Assembly: GCA_044892525.1 (NCBI GenBank)
Contig: CM097886.1
Span: forward strand, 166,706,312 to 166,770,311
Direction: 5' to 3'
Source of the DNA: Schmidtea polychroa
Taxonomy: Eukaryota
Length of the DNA: 64,000 bases
Shown here one piece after another: positions 39,600-52,400 of this stretch (the first letter of the stretch is position 1; every line of letters starts with the position of its first letter). Below the pieces are notes generated by a model. The model searched no databases, was not told the DNA's origin, and saw only the letters and a list, made by a program, of their open reading frames with translations. Both the position numbers and the translations under genes were made by a program.

Positions 39600-40300
39600 T
39601 AGGTAGAAGTGAGCCCACGATGAGTCATCGCGGGATCACTACTACCAGTCATATAAAATTTTGAGGTCAACTTAAGGGCAAATTTTAAGGTCAATGTCGT
39701 TTTCAGGACAATTTAAGGTCAATTTAAGCAATTTTGAGGTCAACGTCGATTTTAGGCCATTTTAAGGTCAACTTTTGAGGCCTCAATATAAAATTATCAG
39801 ATCTTTCATTTGATCTATTTACGTTCAGAGATATAAATAGAATGAGATATAAATTGAGCAGAAATATTCAGTTTCTTCTATTAAAACGAATGAAATATAT
39901 TTTCAGATCTCTAATAATTCTCTCGCTGATCATGGCAACAATTCAGAAAGAATTTTGCCTTCACATTCGAACATGGCCGGAGATTTTCAGCTTCGTGAAT
40001 CAGCTGTTGAAGGGGAAATCATTCACCGACCCGGTTTATATTAAGTATCAAAACGGAAGTCAAATTATTTATTTAAAACCTGACCCCCCTTCAAAGAAAT
40101 GCCACACAACATTTGTGTTGAATATAAATCCTTGTTATGAACCAACAGCAGTTTTGTCTATCGATAACTGCGACCCGGATTGTGATATCCAAGAGGAAGT
40201 ATTTCGGTTTTCGAGAGACCCCCAATTTTGGGTCATAGAAAAATTAAGGTCAACCCCTACCCCCTTAATTTTAAGGTCATATTGAGGTCAAAATTAAAAA
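39600..40300 (+). repeat. AGGTCA-rich repeat element enclosing a subfamily A gene fragment
   Basis: Starts TAGTAGGTAGAAGTGAG and runs (T/A)AAGGTCA arrays to 39782, resuming at about 40219 (GGGTCATAGAAAAATTAAGGTCAACCCCT). Colinear with the reverse complement of 47356-47605. Confidence 0.7.
39890..40218 (+). pseudogene. Subfamily A copy 3, 3'-truncated
   Basis: Near identical to the other copies up to EEVFRF, then a 1-nt insertion; homology is lost at 40218. Confidence 0.85.
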
Positions 40301-40447
40301 TTTTAAAAATTTTCTTAAGTCCATTTAACGAATTACTTTTGTTGGTTACTTAGGGGTGTGTCATTTTAAATTTTTAAATGCATTAGGGGTAATCATATAT
40401 ATTCCCTCGACTCTTTCCTAAGCACCTCCATGACTATTGCAATTTAA

Positions 40448-40950
40448 CCCTTTGTGTACCCATGGCGACGACCATGTTGGTACTGTACACAAAGGCGAAA
40501 AAACAATGAGCAGATGAGCTCTATTGCTAAAACTACTCCCCATTGTATTTTCTCTTCGGGTTCTAGACGGCCGATAGAAGGTCTTACGTCATTGATCATT
40601 TTCTATTTTTACTTTTCTATCTCATTCGGTTATGGTCTTCATTTCCAGTTGTTTTCTATTGTTTCCTTTCAAAATTTTGTGCAGGGATGCGCCCTTATTT
40701 GTCTATTAATAAATGTTGCTAGGTAATTTTCTAGATATTTATGAATATTTAACCTATCTCGCAAAAAATTTGAGCAGGGATCGGCCCTTATTTTCCAGCT
40801 AATAATTATTGTTCTACAATTCCTACCATATCTAAATTATCCTTTGAAAAATTTGAGCAGGGATTGGCCCTTATTTCCAAGTTAATCCGCGCTTCCCTTA
40901 ATATTTAAATTGTACTTCAAAAAATTTGAGCAGGGATCTGCCTGTATTCT
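40448..40950. mobile_element. piggyBac-like terminus with four ~30-bp subterminal repeats
   Basis: TTAA|CCCTTTGTGTACC at 40444-40460. The motif AAAAATTTGAGCAGGGATCGGCCCTTATTT occurs at about 40670, 40763, 40847 and 40918. A decayed relative of the terminus lies at about 10993-11115 on minus. Confidence 0.45.
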
Positions 40951-42494
40951 CAGTCCTAACCTATGTTTGACCAAAGTACTTCCAGCGATAGGACCCGTGA
41001 GGAAGCCCCCACATTTCGGCCCAATCCAGCTGCGTGATTGAAGAACCTCATGTCCACCGGCTGAGCTCCCGAAGGCACCTCATACCATGACATGAAGTTC
41101 CTCAACTCCACGTTACTATCGTTCACAATCAACAAATAATATAATTGAACTCAATAAAAACTATTATTTCCAACTTGAAACTAAATGAAATTAAACAATA
41201 ATAAAAAAAACTAAACTAAATTGAATATAAAATTTATTTAACTTAAAACATTACCTAAAATTTCATATTAAAATAAAATTACCAGTCCAATCCACAAGGG
41301 CATAAAATCGAAAATTGAGAGCATATGTTCGTTACCTGACAAACGATTTGTTGTGTAAAACTGAAAACTAATTTAACAAGTTGAACAACTGAAATTTCAA
41401 TCCATATTTATACTGATTGAATTGTACGCCTACGCATTCTCTGCTACTATATCCAATTAGAATGCGAGGCAATTCTGATTAATTTTTGCATGCATGCATG
41501 CATGTGTGCAATTATTGTTTTTTAATTTAATTAATTTAGTTAATCAAAATTCTAATTTTTATTAACTTTTAAGATTTATTTTTATAAATTCTATAATCAA
41601 AATAGTTTTTTGCTAATTTTAATTTAGTTTTACAAGTTTTGTAATTTAAATAAGTTCAGTTAATTTTACTTTAGTTTCATTAATTTAAACAATTTGGTTT
41701 TATAAGTTTTATAATTTAAATAATTTTGTTGGTTTTATTTTTAGTTTTAGTTTTATAAATTTTATGGTTTTACTACTTTCATTCTACATTTTTTATAATT
41801 TCTCCGGTTTACTAGATAATTTATTTTAAATTTTAAATTTATTTATTTAGAAATTTTCCATATTATTAATTAATTCATTACCCATTATTTTATTTATTAT
41901 TATTTTATTTCTTAGTGGTTAGCTATTCCGAATGTGATGTTTCTCCTAATTGTGTTAGTGATTGCGACCTTTATTTTCGTTCCTTTATTTTTTCACCCGG
42001 GTCTTATTTATCATCAATGTGTTATGTACTTTAATTTGTATTGATTGGTGTTTTAATTTAACTTGGTGCGACTTTTTTGTTATGTATTTTTGATTCATTA
42101 AAACAAGCTCTCGATTCTCGATTCTAGCCCAACACTTTATAGAAAATTTTCAAAGTCAAAATTTGCAAATGTCTTTGTTACTCGTGCATTTGTATTGCAT
42201 ATGTCTTCGTATTACATACCTTAAGGATAGAAAAATATTTCCTAGCGAGATCTAAAGTGAATGTGTGTAAAGGGCAATAAATAAGGGTAAAATTAAATTT
42301 TTTTTTAAGAAAATACATGTAATTTGGTTTAAATTAATGAAAACTATTTATATATCTTTTATTTTGGGCTGATAATCCATGTGTGTCTGTATATGAAAAC
42401 ATGGATAAGAGCAATAAATAAGGGACGGTTTTACTCACACACAAGTTTTATATCATTCGAAAGTCTACTATTTTTCAAAGTTATATTATTATTT

Positions 42495-42507
42495 TTATTT
42501 ATCAAAA

Positions 42508-42562
<55 letters not shown>

Positions 42563-42781
42563 CTTTTATTAGTATTATTATAATTTTCAAAGTATTATTA
42601 TTATTATTTTTTAAAGTATAAAATGATGATTTCTTGGTAGCAGCATTTATTATTTAAAACAAAAAAATGATAATTTAAGCCTTTTGCTGCAAATTATGTA
42701 TTTAATGAAAGAATTTTCGACTATAATATAGTCCTTGTCAATCTTTTAAAGTATTATTATTATTATTTATTATTATTATTA

Positions 42782-42841
<60 letters not shown>

Positions 42842-42850
42842 ATTATTAAT
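42495..42850. repeat. (ATT)n microsatellite tracts
   Basis: Long ATT runs at about 42505-42557 and 42748-42848. Confidence 0.9.
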
Positions 42851-43721
42851 ATTGCAAATATTAGTGCAAATCCTAAAATATTTTTTACACACATACACAA
42901 CTCATTGAACTTTATTATTAATATTATTTTTCAAATTATTAATATTTTTTTCAAAGTANNNNNNNNNNNNNNNNNNNNNNNNNNNNNNNNNNNNNNNNNN
43001 NNNNNNNNNNNNNNNNNNNNNNNNNNNNNNNNNNNNNNNNNNNNNNNNNNNNNNNNNNNNNNNNNNNNNNNNNNNNNNNNNNNNNNNNNNNNNNNNNNNN
43101 NNNNNNNNNNNNNNNNNNNNNNNNNNNNTTATATATAGTCCCAGTTTATGCGACAAGATATTCTGTCCCCATATTGGTATTGCTGGCAAGGGTACTGGTC
43201 ACATTCAACATTTCGCAAGGGTATATTAATTAAGGTTATTATTATAAGGTTATACTATTTTTAATAATATTTAAACGATAAAAATCAAGACAAGAGAGGA
43301 AAGGCAAAGTTTATGCATTTAGTATTGCCAGGCCTAATGAGCAGTGACCAAATATCTGTGCCTGAAAGACACGGTGGATATTTGTTCGCGTCCACAAGGA
43401 TCGTCTGTGCCTCCCCAAGTGGGGTCAGAAGAACCTGGGCATTATAGATTTCCGTACGGAACATTACGCCTAGCATGGGTAGTCAACTACCATTACATTC
43501 GAAACGTATAAAAATACATGCATCATTGGCACTATAACCAAATTAATTAATGTTTTCACTAACAACAATATATATTTACAGAGGCCTCCCACCAGTTTGA
43601 TTGCAACCGCCACCACGACGATCAGCTTGTAATTATTAATTAAGGGATAAAGAGGACCCACCCAACCCTATTATATTTAATTTACAAAGGGTTTCTCGCT
43701 CTTCTGGAATTTGTTGGTAAT

Positions 43722-44411
43722 TTATCTCAAAATTATCATCTCCATCGGGCCATTTGATAGTGATTTCATGGAATACATCTTGCAAATTGGACGTATTTCT
43801 TGCTTAGTTTCTGATGCGGCATCAACTCTCATTGCTAAAATTTGTATTGATTTAAAAACAATTAACTTACGGATGTTATCTAACATTCTATCGTCACATG
43901 CTTGATAAATTAAATTCTGCCTGACTATTAGGCAACTATTATTTGTGGTATTCTTTTTCAATATCATTTCTTATCAATTCCCACCATAAATCACAGATAC
44001 CTAAATATAATATATATATATATTTTAAAGAATTAATTCATGTCTTACATTAATAATAATCTTTCATATTCTTCAGGTATGACGAGTTCTTTACAATATC
44101 TAATTGCTAAAACATCGGGTTTTCCCATTTTTCTTGATATTCGTTGAAAGAAAGTTTACATAATTTAAGTCTGATAAGTAAACATTCATGTTGAAGGACA
44201 CCCACAATCAGCTAATTCATTTAAGAAATCTCTAAATCCAGAACTATAACTTCCTTTAGTGTTTCACCATTTTGTCCGGTTCATCTTCCTCATAATCCTA
44301 TAATTCAGGTTTTAATAAGAAATCTCTAAATCCAGAACATGAGTCCTTTGATGTTTCACCAATTTGTTTGGTTCATCTTCTTCATAATCCAATAATTCAT
44401 TTTCTTCATTA
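43722..44411 (-). pseudogene. DDX39: Decayed, internally deleted DDX39/UAP56 DEAD-box helicase copy
   Basis: Minus strand reads NELLDYEEDE...SGFRDFLLKPEL (duplicated as a ~100-bp tandem), then DCG..PS..HEC, MGK, CDDRMLDN and KQEIRPICK...PME. This follows human DDX39B ELLDYEDDE, SSGFRDFLLKPEL, DECDKMLEQ and SKEIRPVCRKFMQDPME in order. Confidence 0.8.
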
Positions 44412-44979
44412 CTAAGGAAAACAATTAAAATATTGTAGTAAATTCTTTATTTACTTACTTTATGGATACTAAAACGAAAGAAATAAAATTATATCAGAAT
44501 TATATTTAAATAATTTAAATTTAGTTATTTAAACATATTTAAACAATTTAGTTATTTAAGCATATTTAAACATTAATATAGTATAATATAGTATAATTTT
44601 ATATAATATTATAATATTATGTATTGTAAATTTAATATATTCTTCATTTAATTTTTTAAATTCAAAAATTTATAATGAAGATTCTTTGAATTAAAAATAT
44701 TCTATTAGTATTTCCATCCAGAAAACAACGAATTCAATAATTAAAATCTTAATTTTCATGTTATATATTTAGGGTTGTGGCCAGAGGTTAATCGTCATCT
44801 AATCGTTTGTTCAGTTATCAGCCTGTTCTCAATTTCGCTCATTTTTGTTCAAAACATTCAGGTGAATTGTTATCTGGAAAGTTTCTTTGAGCTCAGTTTT
44901 GTTAAAACACTCACGGTATTTTTGAGTATTTTTTAGTTAATTTATAAATAACAGTATTTTGATATATTAATAAAGACTA

Positions 44980-46951
44980 TATACTCCGAGTTTATCCGAC
45001 AAGATATTCTGTCCCCTTATGGGTAATGCTAGCAAGGGTACTGGTCACATTTAACATGTCGCAAGGGTATATTAATCAGTTAGAAATTCTTAGGTAATTT
45101 AGTGAGATGATCAGAAATTTGTGAATATTTTAAATGTAACTTACCGAATTCTTATTTCGAGCGACTAATTTTTGGTTAACTTTGTAGTCATTTAGAGCAC
45201 AAGGTAATTTATTCATCTAATGTTCGTTACAATAGTTAATAATATCAGAAAAACATGGTCATTATTCATTGATAATTTTAAATTCTTTATCATTTGGAGT
45301 AAATTTGTTTCAGGCAAAAATAATTAAAGGAGTCATAATAGAAATATGGTTATCATTTATCCAATTAAAGAGCTTATTAGTTAGAAATATATATTATAAA
45401 GTAACAATTATTTTCTAATTTAATGAGATGATCATTGGGCGTAGTATATCTTGGCGAGAAATTTAAGATTTTTGAGTAACCAAAACATGGATATTTTGTG
45501 CGATCAATTTATGACAATTGGTTAATTTAGTCATATAAAATAATAATAATTTAATAAGGTAATTTAGCAAAATATCATTGAAAGATTTGTCCGATAACAA
45601 TATTCCTTCAATAGATTAACTGATATTCAACCTATTTAATTTCTAGAAATCTAATTAAAATTATAAATTTCCTTCAATAAAGATCACTTTTCTTTAGTTG
45701 TTTTCCAACTCTTTTAAGTCAATATTTCTCAAGTTTTGTCACTGATATCCCCACAATGAATAAAATAACTTCTTAAATAAAATAATTTAAAGCAATAACC
45801 ATTGATATCAATTAATTCTAAAGATTTCAAATTTCTCATTGTCAAAACCAAGTAATGTTCATTAACCATTAATAAAACCGTGGATAATTAATAAAATCTG
45901 ATTCTAAAACAAAGATTACTGTGCAATAACATTCACCACAACCTCTAAAACAATATAATTTCACAGGAACTATTCATAGCTGACTATTTCCCTTGAATGT
46001 TTTACCAATAAGAAAATATAAATATTCAAAACATTAACCGATCCCTCACCAAATATTTCTACCCCTTTAAACACCTTAAATCGTATATATTACCATCTTA
46101 ACCTTCACTAAATCCAACCGAATATAATTTCACCCACTTGAGCCCTTCAATATATCTTAAAATCCATAGAAAATTCTTCAAAATATGAATTTTATTTAAT
46201 TGTTACAAACATTCTTCCATTGAATTAATTTAGTAGCTAAATTCAAAGAGCTCACTAAAAGATCAAAATTCACTAAAATCAATATTTTCTACAAATGTTT
46301 CACCACATTCACCATCAAATACCTAACTAGAGATGACATATATTGATTCAGCTAATTATAGTCATTATAAAATGATATATCTTTCAAACTAAATCACAAA
46401 TTTCAATATATTTTACATTAATTTTCAAGTAGATTTCAAATATATCATCATCGTGATAAAATTAGCTGGTTTCAACATTAAATTTTCAATATTTTAAAGT
46501 TCATCAATGTGTAAATATTCTTAGAAAATATATGAAAAAATTATTTAGTCAAATTCAATATCATTACAAAGTTATTATCATCATTAAAATTTATCCTATC
46601 ACTTGATTATTAGCCTCATTAAAAATTAATTTTTATTTAAAATTTAAAAACAAGTCAATAAAATATAGCAAATTATCAAGAAATTAATTAAATTTGTCTT
46701 AGAATTAACACTAAAACCTTAAATTTTTAAATATTCTTTCAACATGAAATTCACAAAAAATGTTAGTAAAATCCCACTAACATCAACTCTAAAAAATTAC
46801 CAATGAATTTAATGCCAAATAATAACCAAATATTTGCCTAAATAAAATCATTAAAACACACCAGTACCTTTACGACCAGTACCCTTACGACCAATACCCT
46901 TACAAGCAGTACCCATAGACAGAATATCTTGTCGGATAAACTCTGACTATA
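44980..46951. mobile_element. TA-flanked TIR element carrying a decayed LRR-like coding remnant
   Basis: Inverted termini TATA(C/G)TC(C/A)GAGTTTATCCGACAAGATATTCTGTC plus GGGTACTGGTC subterminal repeats; a third left-type terminus lies at about 43130. The internal minus strand has Leu-rich repeats (NLKSLELIDI, LNIS, ILLSDKSF) with many stops. Confidence 0.6.
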
Positions 46952-47355
46952 TAATAATAATCACATATTAAGAATATACACCCATGTTATAGTATGTGCA
47001 ATACATTATAATGTGTGTATAATTTTCCCTTAATTATCACTCCATATTGACAATTTCCTGTAAAGACAAACACAGAAAACAGATTTTTCATAAATTTAAT
47101 ATTTAATTAATTAGTGCAAACATATAATAATTCTCTACCCTATAACTTATGTGTGTAAAAATATTTTAGGNNNNNNNNNNNNNNNNNNNNNNNNNNNNNN
47201 NNNNNNNNNNNNNNNNNNNNNNNNNNNNNNNNNNNNNNNNNNNNNNNNNNNNNNNNNNNNNNNNNNNNNNNNNNNNNNNNNNNNNNNNNNNNNNNNNNNN
47301 NNNNNNNNNNNNNNNNNNNNNNNNNNNNNNNNNNNNNNNNNNNNNNNNNNNNNNN

Positions 47356-47605
47356 TAGGAAATAGGGGGTTGACCTTAAAATTTTCTATGACCTTAAATT
47401 TTGACCTTACATTTGGAAAAATTAGACTTTGGCCTCACACATTGACCTTAAATAGCCTAAAATCGACTTTGACCTCAGAATTTGACCTTAAAATGGCTTA
47501 AATTGACCTTAAATTGTCCTGGAAATGACATTGACCTTAAAATTTGATCTTAAGTCGACCTCAAAATTATCTATGACCTTAAGTTGACCTCACTTCTACC
47601 TACTC
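47356..47605 (-). repeat. AGGTCA/TGACCT array upstream of subfamily A copy 4
   Basis: About 12 TTGACC(T)-type hexamers at irregular spacing, ending CTCACTTCTACCTACT. A second copy lies at 55795-55980. Confidence 0.8.
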
Positions 47606-47723
47606 ACTTGTCGCTACTTCAAATTAATTAATAGTTAATTAAAACAATTAAATTTCCTAATAAATCACGATTAATACATTTTCCATTTTCAATATAAAAT
47701 TATCAGATCTTTCATTTGATCTA

Positions 47724-48704
47724 TAGGGTTTTTAGTTTAAATAGATTTTTTTTTAATTAATGAATATTTTTTTTTAATTGATGAGTATTTTTTTTAATCG
47801 ATGAATATTTTATTTTAATTAATTAATGTTTTATTTTAATTAATGAATGTTTTTCTGTGAACCCTTTATGGACCAACCAAATTGTATACCGGACAGAAGG
47901 TCCAAAAATATGTCAGATGAAAAACGTCTTGTTCCTCGAGAAAGTAAATGAAGGAAAAAAATTTCTATTCTTTGATGAAACAGGTTTCCAAGTAACAATG
48001 AGGAAACATTATGGAAGATCAAAAAAAGGGAAGAAGGCCATTGAGATAGCTCCAGGAATCAAATCAAGAAATAAAACCGTTATGACTTGTATGTGGAAAG
48101 GCGGGCTAATCCATTATGCAGCTTTAAATACAGCTGGAAATCGAGTTTCTTGTTTGGAATTCATGGAAACACTATGTGAAATTTTAACTTTTGAAAACTT
48201 AACGAATGTGACAATAGTTATGGATAATGTCTCATTTCATAAGTGTAGTGAAATTTCAACCTTTATTGAATCGAAAAAACACCAAATCAAGTTTCTACCA
48301 CCCTATAGTCCATTTTTCAATCCCATTGAATTCATGTTTTCTCAATGGAAAGGTATTGTAAGATCACGAAAACCAAATACTGATGTCGAGCTTTTGAGAA
48401 TTATCGATGATTTTCAAAACATCCTAACGGTAGAACAATGCGAAAATTATGTGAGGCATGTTACAAACAATATTATAAAATGTTTGGGTGGTATAAATGT
48501 ATTCGAGGAATAAATATTTTCATTTTAACTTTATTTATTTACCGAATCTTGTTGGTTTATCGTTAATATACATTTTACTCGTGTTTACAAAAATGAATTC
48601 AAAATAAATATTTTTATAAATATTCATCAATTAAAAAAAAATATTCATAAATTAAAAAAAACACTCATCAATTAAAAAAAAATCTATTTAAACTAAAAAC
48701 CCTA
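47724..48704 (+). mobile_element. Tc1/IS630-like DD34E element, internally deleted (lacks the HTH)
   Basis: TIR TAGGGTTTTTAGTTTAAATAGATTTTTTTT, TA duplication at 47722-47723 and 48705-48706 (empty site GATCTATTTACG is seen in the other A copies). ORF 47857-48513 has FFDETGF, MDNVSFH and PYSPFFNPIE, with 34 residues between D and E. Confidence 0.92.
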
Positions 48705-49451
48705 TATTTACGTACAGAGATATAAATAGAATGAGATATAAATTGAGCAGAAATATTCAGTTTCTTCTATTAAAACAAATGAAATATATTTTCAGATCTC
48801 TAATAATTCTCTCGCTGATCATGGCAACAATTCAGAAAGAATTTTGCCTTCACATTCGAACATGGCCGGAGATTTTCAGCTTCGTGAATCAGCTGTTGAA
48901 GGGGAAATCATTCACCGACCCGGTTTATATTAAGTATCAAAGCGGAAGTCAAATTATTTATTTAAAACCTGACCCCCCTTCAAAGAAATGCCACACAACA
49001 TTTGTGTTGAATATAAATCCTTGTTATGAACCACCAGCAGTTTTGTCTATCGATAACTGCGACCCGGATTGTGATATCCAAGAGGAAGTATTTCGGTTTC
49101 GAGAGATCGTCATAGAATCGTCTCCGATCTTCAAATATATTAAGGAAAATCAAATAACAATTGTTAGAAGCTATAACATTTAATTCTTCTGTCATCAAAA
49201 TAAATTACTAAGACTATTAAATCCAAAATTATATTTCATCAAATCTGATTATATAAACAAATATTCTTGGGACATTTTCTAAATTTTAATTTCAACCAAA
49301 TATCAACATACCATCGCATTCATACTTGAATTTCAATTTTATTAAAAATTATTTTATTTTAAAATTTCAATTATCATTTCAATTTTAATATCTTAAAATA
49401 ATTTAAGTTTCAATTAAAATTTTACAAATTTTAATCATGAACTAATTTAAT

Positions 49452-52400
49452 TTAGTATTTTAATTTTAACTCCTCACATCCCCCTTTTTTAAAATGTTTG
49501 ATCTTCTCAACATTTCTGACTACCATCTTCCCATTTTGATCTTTAAGTAAGTAGCTCCGTTCATGTATTTTCTTTATCACTTTGTACGGCCCTTCCCACC
49601 TTGTATCGTCTTTATTTCGAATTTCTTGTTTGATCAAAACCAAATCTTCCATTTCAAAATCTCTCACTGTTTTGCTTATTTTTGGTTTTAGTGTTTTATC
49701 CTCTATTCTCTTTTCCATATCTTCTCTATTTATTTCTTTATTCGAGTACCATTTCATTCTGTCGATTTTCCTCCCAAATATAATCTCTGCTGGGCTTACT
49801 CCCGTTGTTTTTTGAACTGTTGCATTTAAAGTATATTCTATTTCTGGCACTATATCAGCCCAGTTTTTCCTTCCTCCTTCATTCAATGACGCGTTAATAT
49901 ACTCTCTGATTGTTCTGAATTGTCTTTCAATAATACCATTCGTGTTATGGTGATATGGGCTTGAGAAAATTAATTCAATGCCAGCTGCCTTTGCTAGTTC
50001 TTTTATACTTCTTGCTTCAAAGTTCTTCCCACAATCTACATGAAGTTTTTTTGGAGCTCCAAACTTTAATATCCATTTATTTAATAACGTCTCACTAATT
50101 GTTTTTTCGTCTTGCTTGTTTATGGCCGTTAATGAGATGTATTTACTATAGTGGTCAATGATTCCGCAAATATATTTCTTTTTGTTGAACGTTTCTTTCA
50201 ATGGCCCACATATATCCATATATATCTTCTCGAATGGTTCTGTACTCTTTATTGTTTGAGTTTCCTCCTTTGTCTTGGTTGTTATCGTTTTCATTTTCTG
50301 ACATCTTTCGCAGTTCTCAATTACCTTTTTTACTTCCGTTGCTAAATTTTCCATGTCGCAGTTATTCTGGATATATTTCGTTACTTTCTGTGCACCTGCA
50401 TGGCACAGCAATACGTGTACTTCTTTTATCATCCTCTGTCTATTATCTGACGGTATCCATATTTTACCTTGCTTAGTTAGTACCGTGTTGTTTTCCATTA
50501 TGAACTTACAATCTTTATTTTCTAACTTATTCTTTATTTCTTGGACCTCCATATTGTCATTTTGCCACTTGTTATATCCGCCTTCTGCTGTTACTGTTAA
50601 TATTCTGGTTTTAATTTTGCCGGTTTTTGGGTCTTCGTGTTCCATCATACACTGTACACATGTTCCGCATGTTTTCCTGGATAGCATATCCGCGTTTGTA
50701 TGGCTTGTTCCTTTCCTGTATTCCATTTTAATATCCAGGCTGCTTAAATAGTTGATCCATGTCTGGAATTGAGCAGTTATTGGTTTCTTCGTTGTTACCA
50801 TAAACGTAATAGCTTTATGGTCCGTTCTCAGTACGAATCTCTTACCATATAAGTAATGGTTGAAATGTTTACAAAAATAGTATATTGCCAATAATTCTTT
50901 TCTGGTAATGCAGTATCCTTTTTCGTGGCTGCTCATCGCATGTGAACCATATGCAATGACATGTTCATGTCCTTTTTCATCCTTTTGCGAAAGAACTGCT
51001 CCAATAGTATCGAAGCTCGCGTCTGTGTCTAATATAAATTCTTTTCTGAAATCTGGAAATACCAATACTGGGGCGGTTATCAATGCTTCTTTCATTTCCC
51101 CGAAAGCCTTTTCACACATCTCTGTCCATCTTATTTTCTCATTGTTTTTTCCGCATATGCTTTCTAGTGCTCTTGCCTTCTTTGCATAGTCTTTTATGAA
51201 CCGTCGATAATAGTTACAGATACCCAGAAAACTCCTCAGATTCTTTACACATTTTGGCTTTTGAAATGATTGTATTGCTTCTATCTTAGTATTATCTGTT
51301 TGTATGCCGTCTTTATTTATTATGTGTCCCAGAAACTTCACTTCTTTTCTAAATATTTGACATTTTTCGGGGTTCAATCTTAGTCCTGCTGTTGCGATCT
51401 TCCCTAGGACTTTTCCAAATATGTTATAATGGTCTTCTTCTGTCTTTGTGAATATTAGGATGTCGTCTAAATATACCATCACTCCATCTTTCCACAAATC
51501 TTTCAATACTTTCGTCATTAATTCTTGAAATGTTCCTGGTGCCGCTGCAATACCGAACGGCATCCTGTTAAAACAGAACTGTCCTTCTTTTGTTGAGAAT
51601 GCTGTTTTCTCTTGAGATTCTTTATCTAACTTCACTTGGTAATAAGCATTTCCCAAGTCGATTGAGCTAAAATATCTGGATCCGTGTAGGATGTCTAAAA
51701 TTTCATCTACATTTGGCATTGGAAATGCCTGTCTTTCTGTTATCTTGTTTAATTGTCTGAAGTCTAGACAAAGCCTGATGTCTTTTTTCTCTTTCTTCCA
51801 TACACAAACTAAAGGTGTGTTCCACGGTGAATTACACTTCCTAATTATTCCGTTGTTTTCTAGATTTTTTATTGCTTCCTCAATCTTGTCTTCCAAATTT
51901 ATTGGCTGACGTCTCGGTTTAATCATTATTGGCTCTCCTTTCGTGATGATCTTATGTTTTATCAGATTGGTACACCCAATGTCCCATTTATCTGCCATAA
52001 AAACATTCTTGTTTGCCTGAAATATTTCTAACAGTCTCTTATTTCCGGTAACCTTTAAAACGTCGATGGCATGACGTAATCTTTCTTCATCTGTTATAAT
52101 CCGCCCAAATCTAGCTTCTATTTCGCAAATGAAATCACTACGTTTTTCATGTTCTTCTAGTATACATTTCAATTCTATACCAAATAACCTTTGTAGTTCT
52201 ACTCCTCCAATAATTTCTGGTATTAAATTCTTTACTATAATGAATGTTACATTTCTTTCAATACTGCCCATTTTATCATTGATGTTTATTTTACCCATAG
52301 TTTCTAATCTACTGTTGTTTGCACATCTTAGCGATTCCCTTGTTTCTAATATTTCGATATTTTCTAATCTATCAATTACAGATTTAGCCATCACATTAAT

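Noticed and set aside
40669-40948. CRISPR array
   Set aside because: Animal genomic context, no cas genes, degenerate repeats, and spacer lengths that vary too much.
42381-42572. Poly-Leu ORF
   Set aside because: Translation of an (ATT)n microsatellite.
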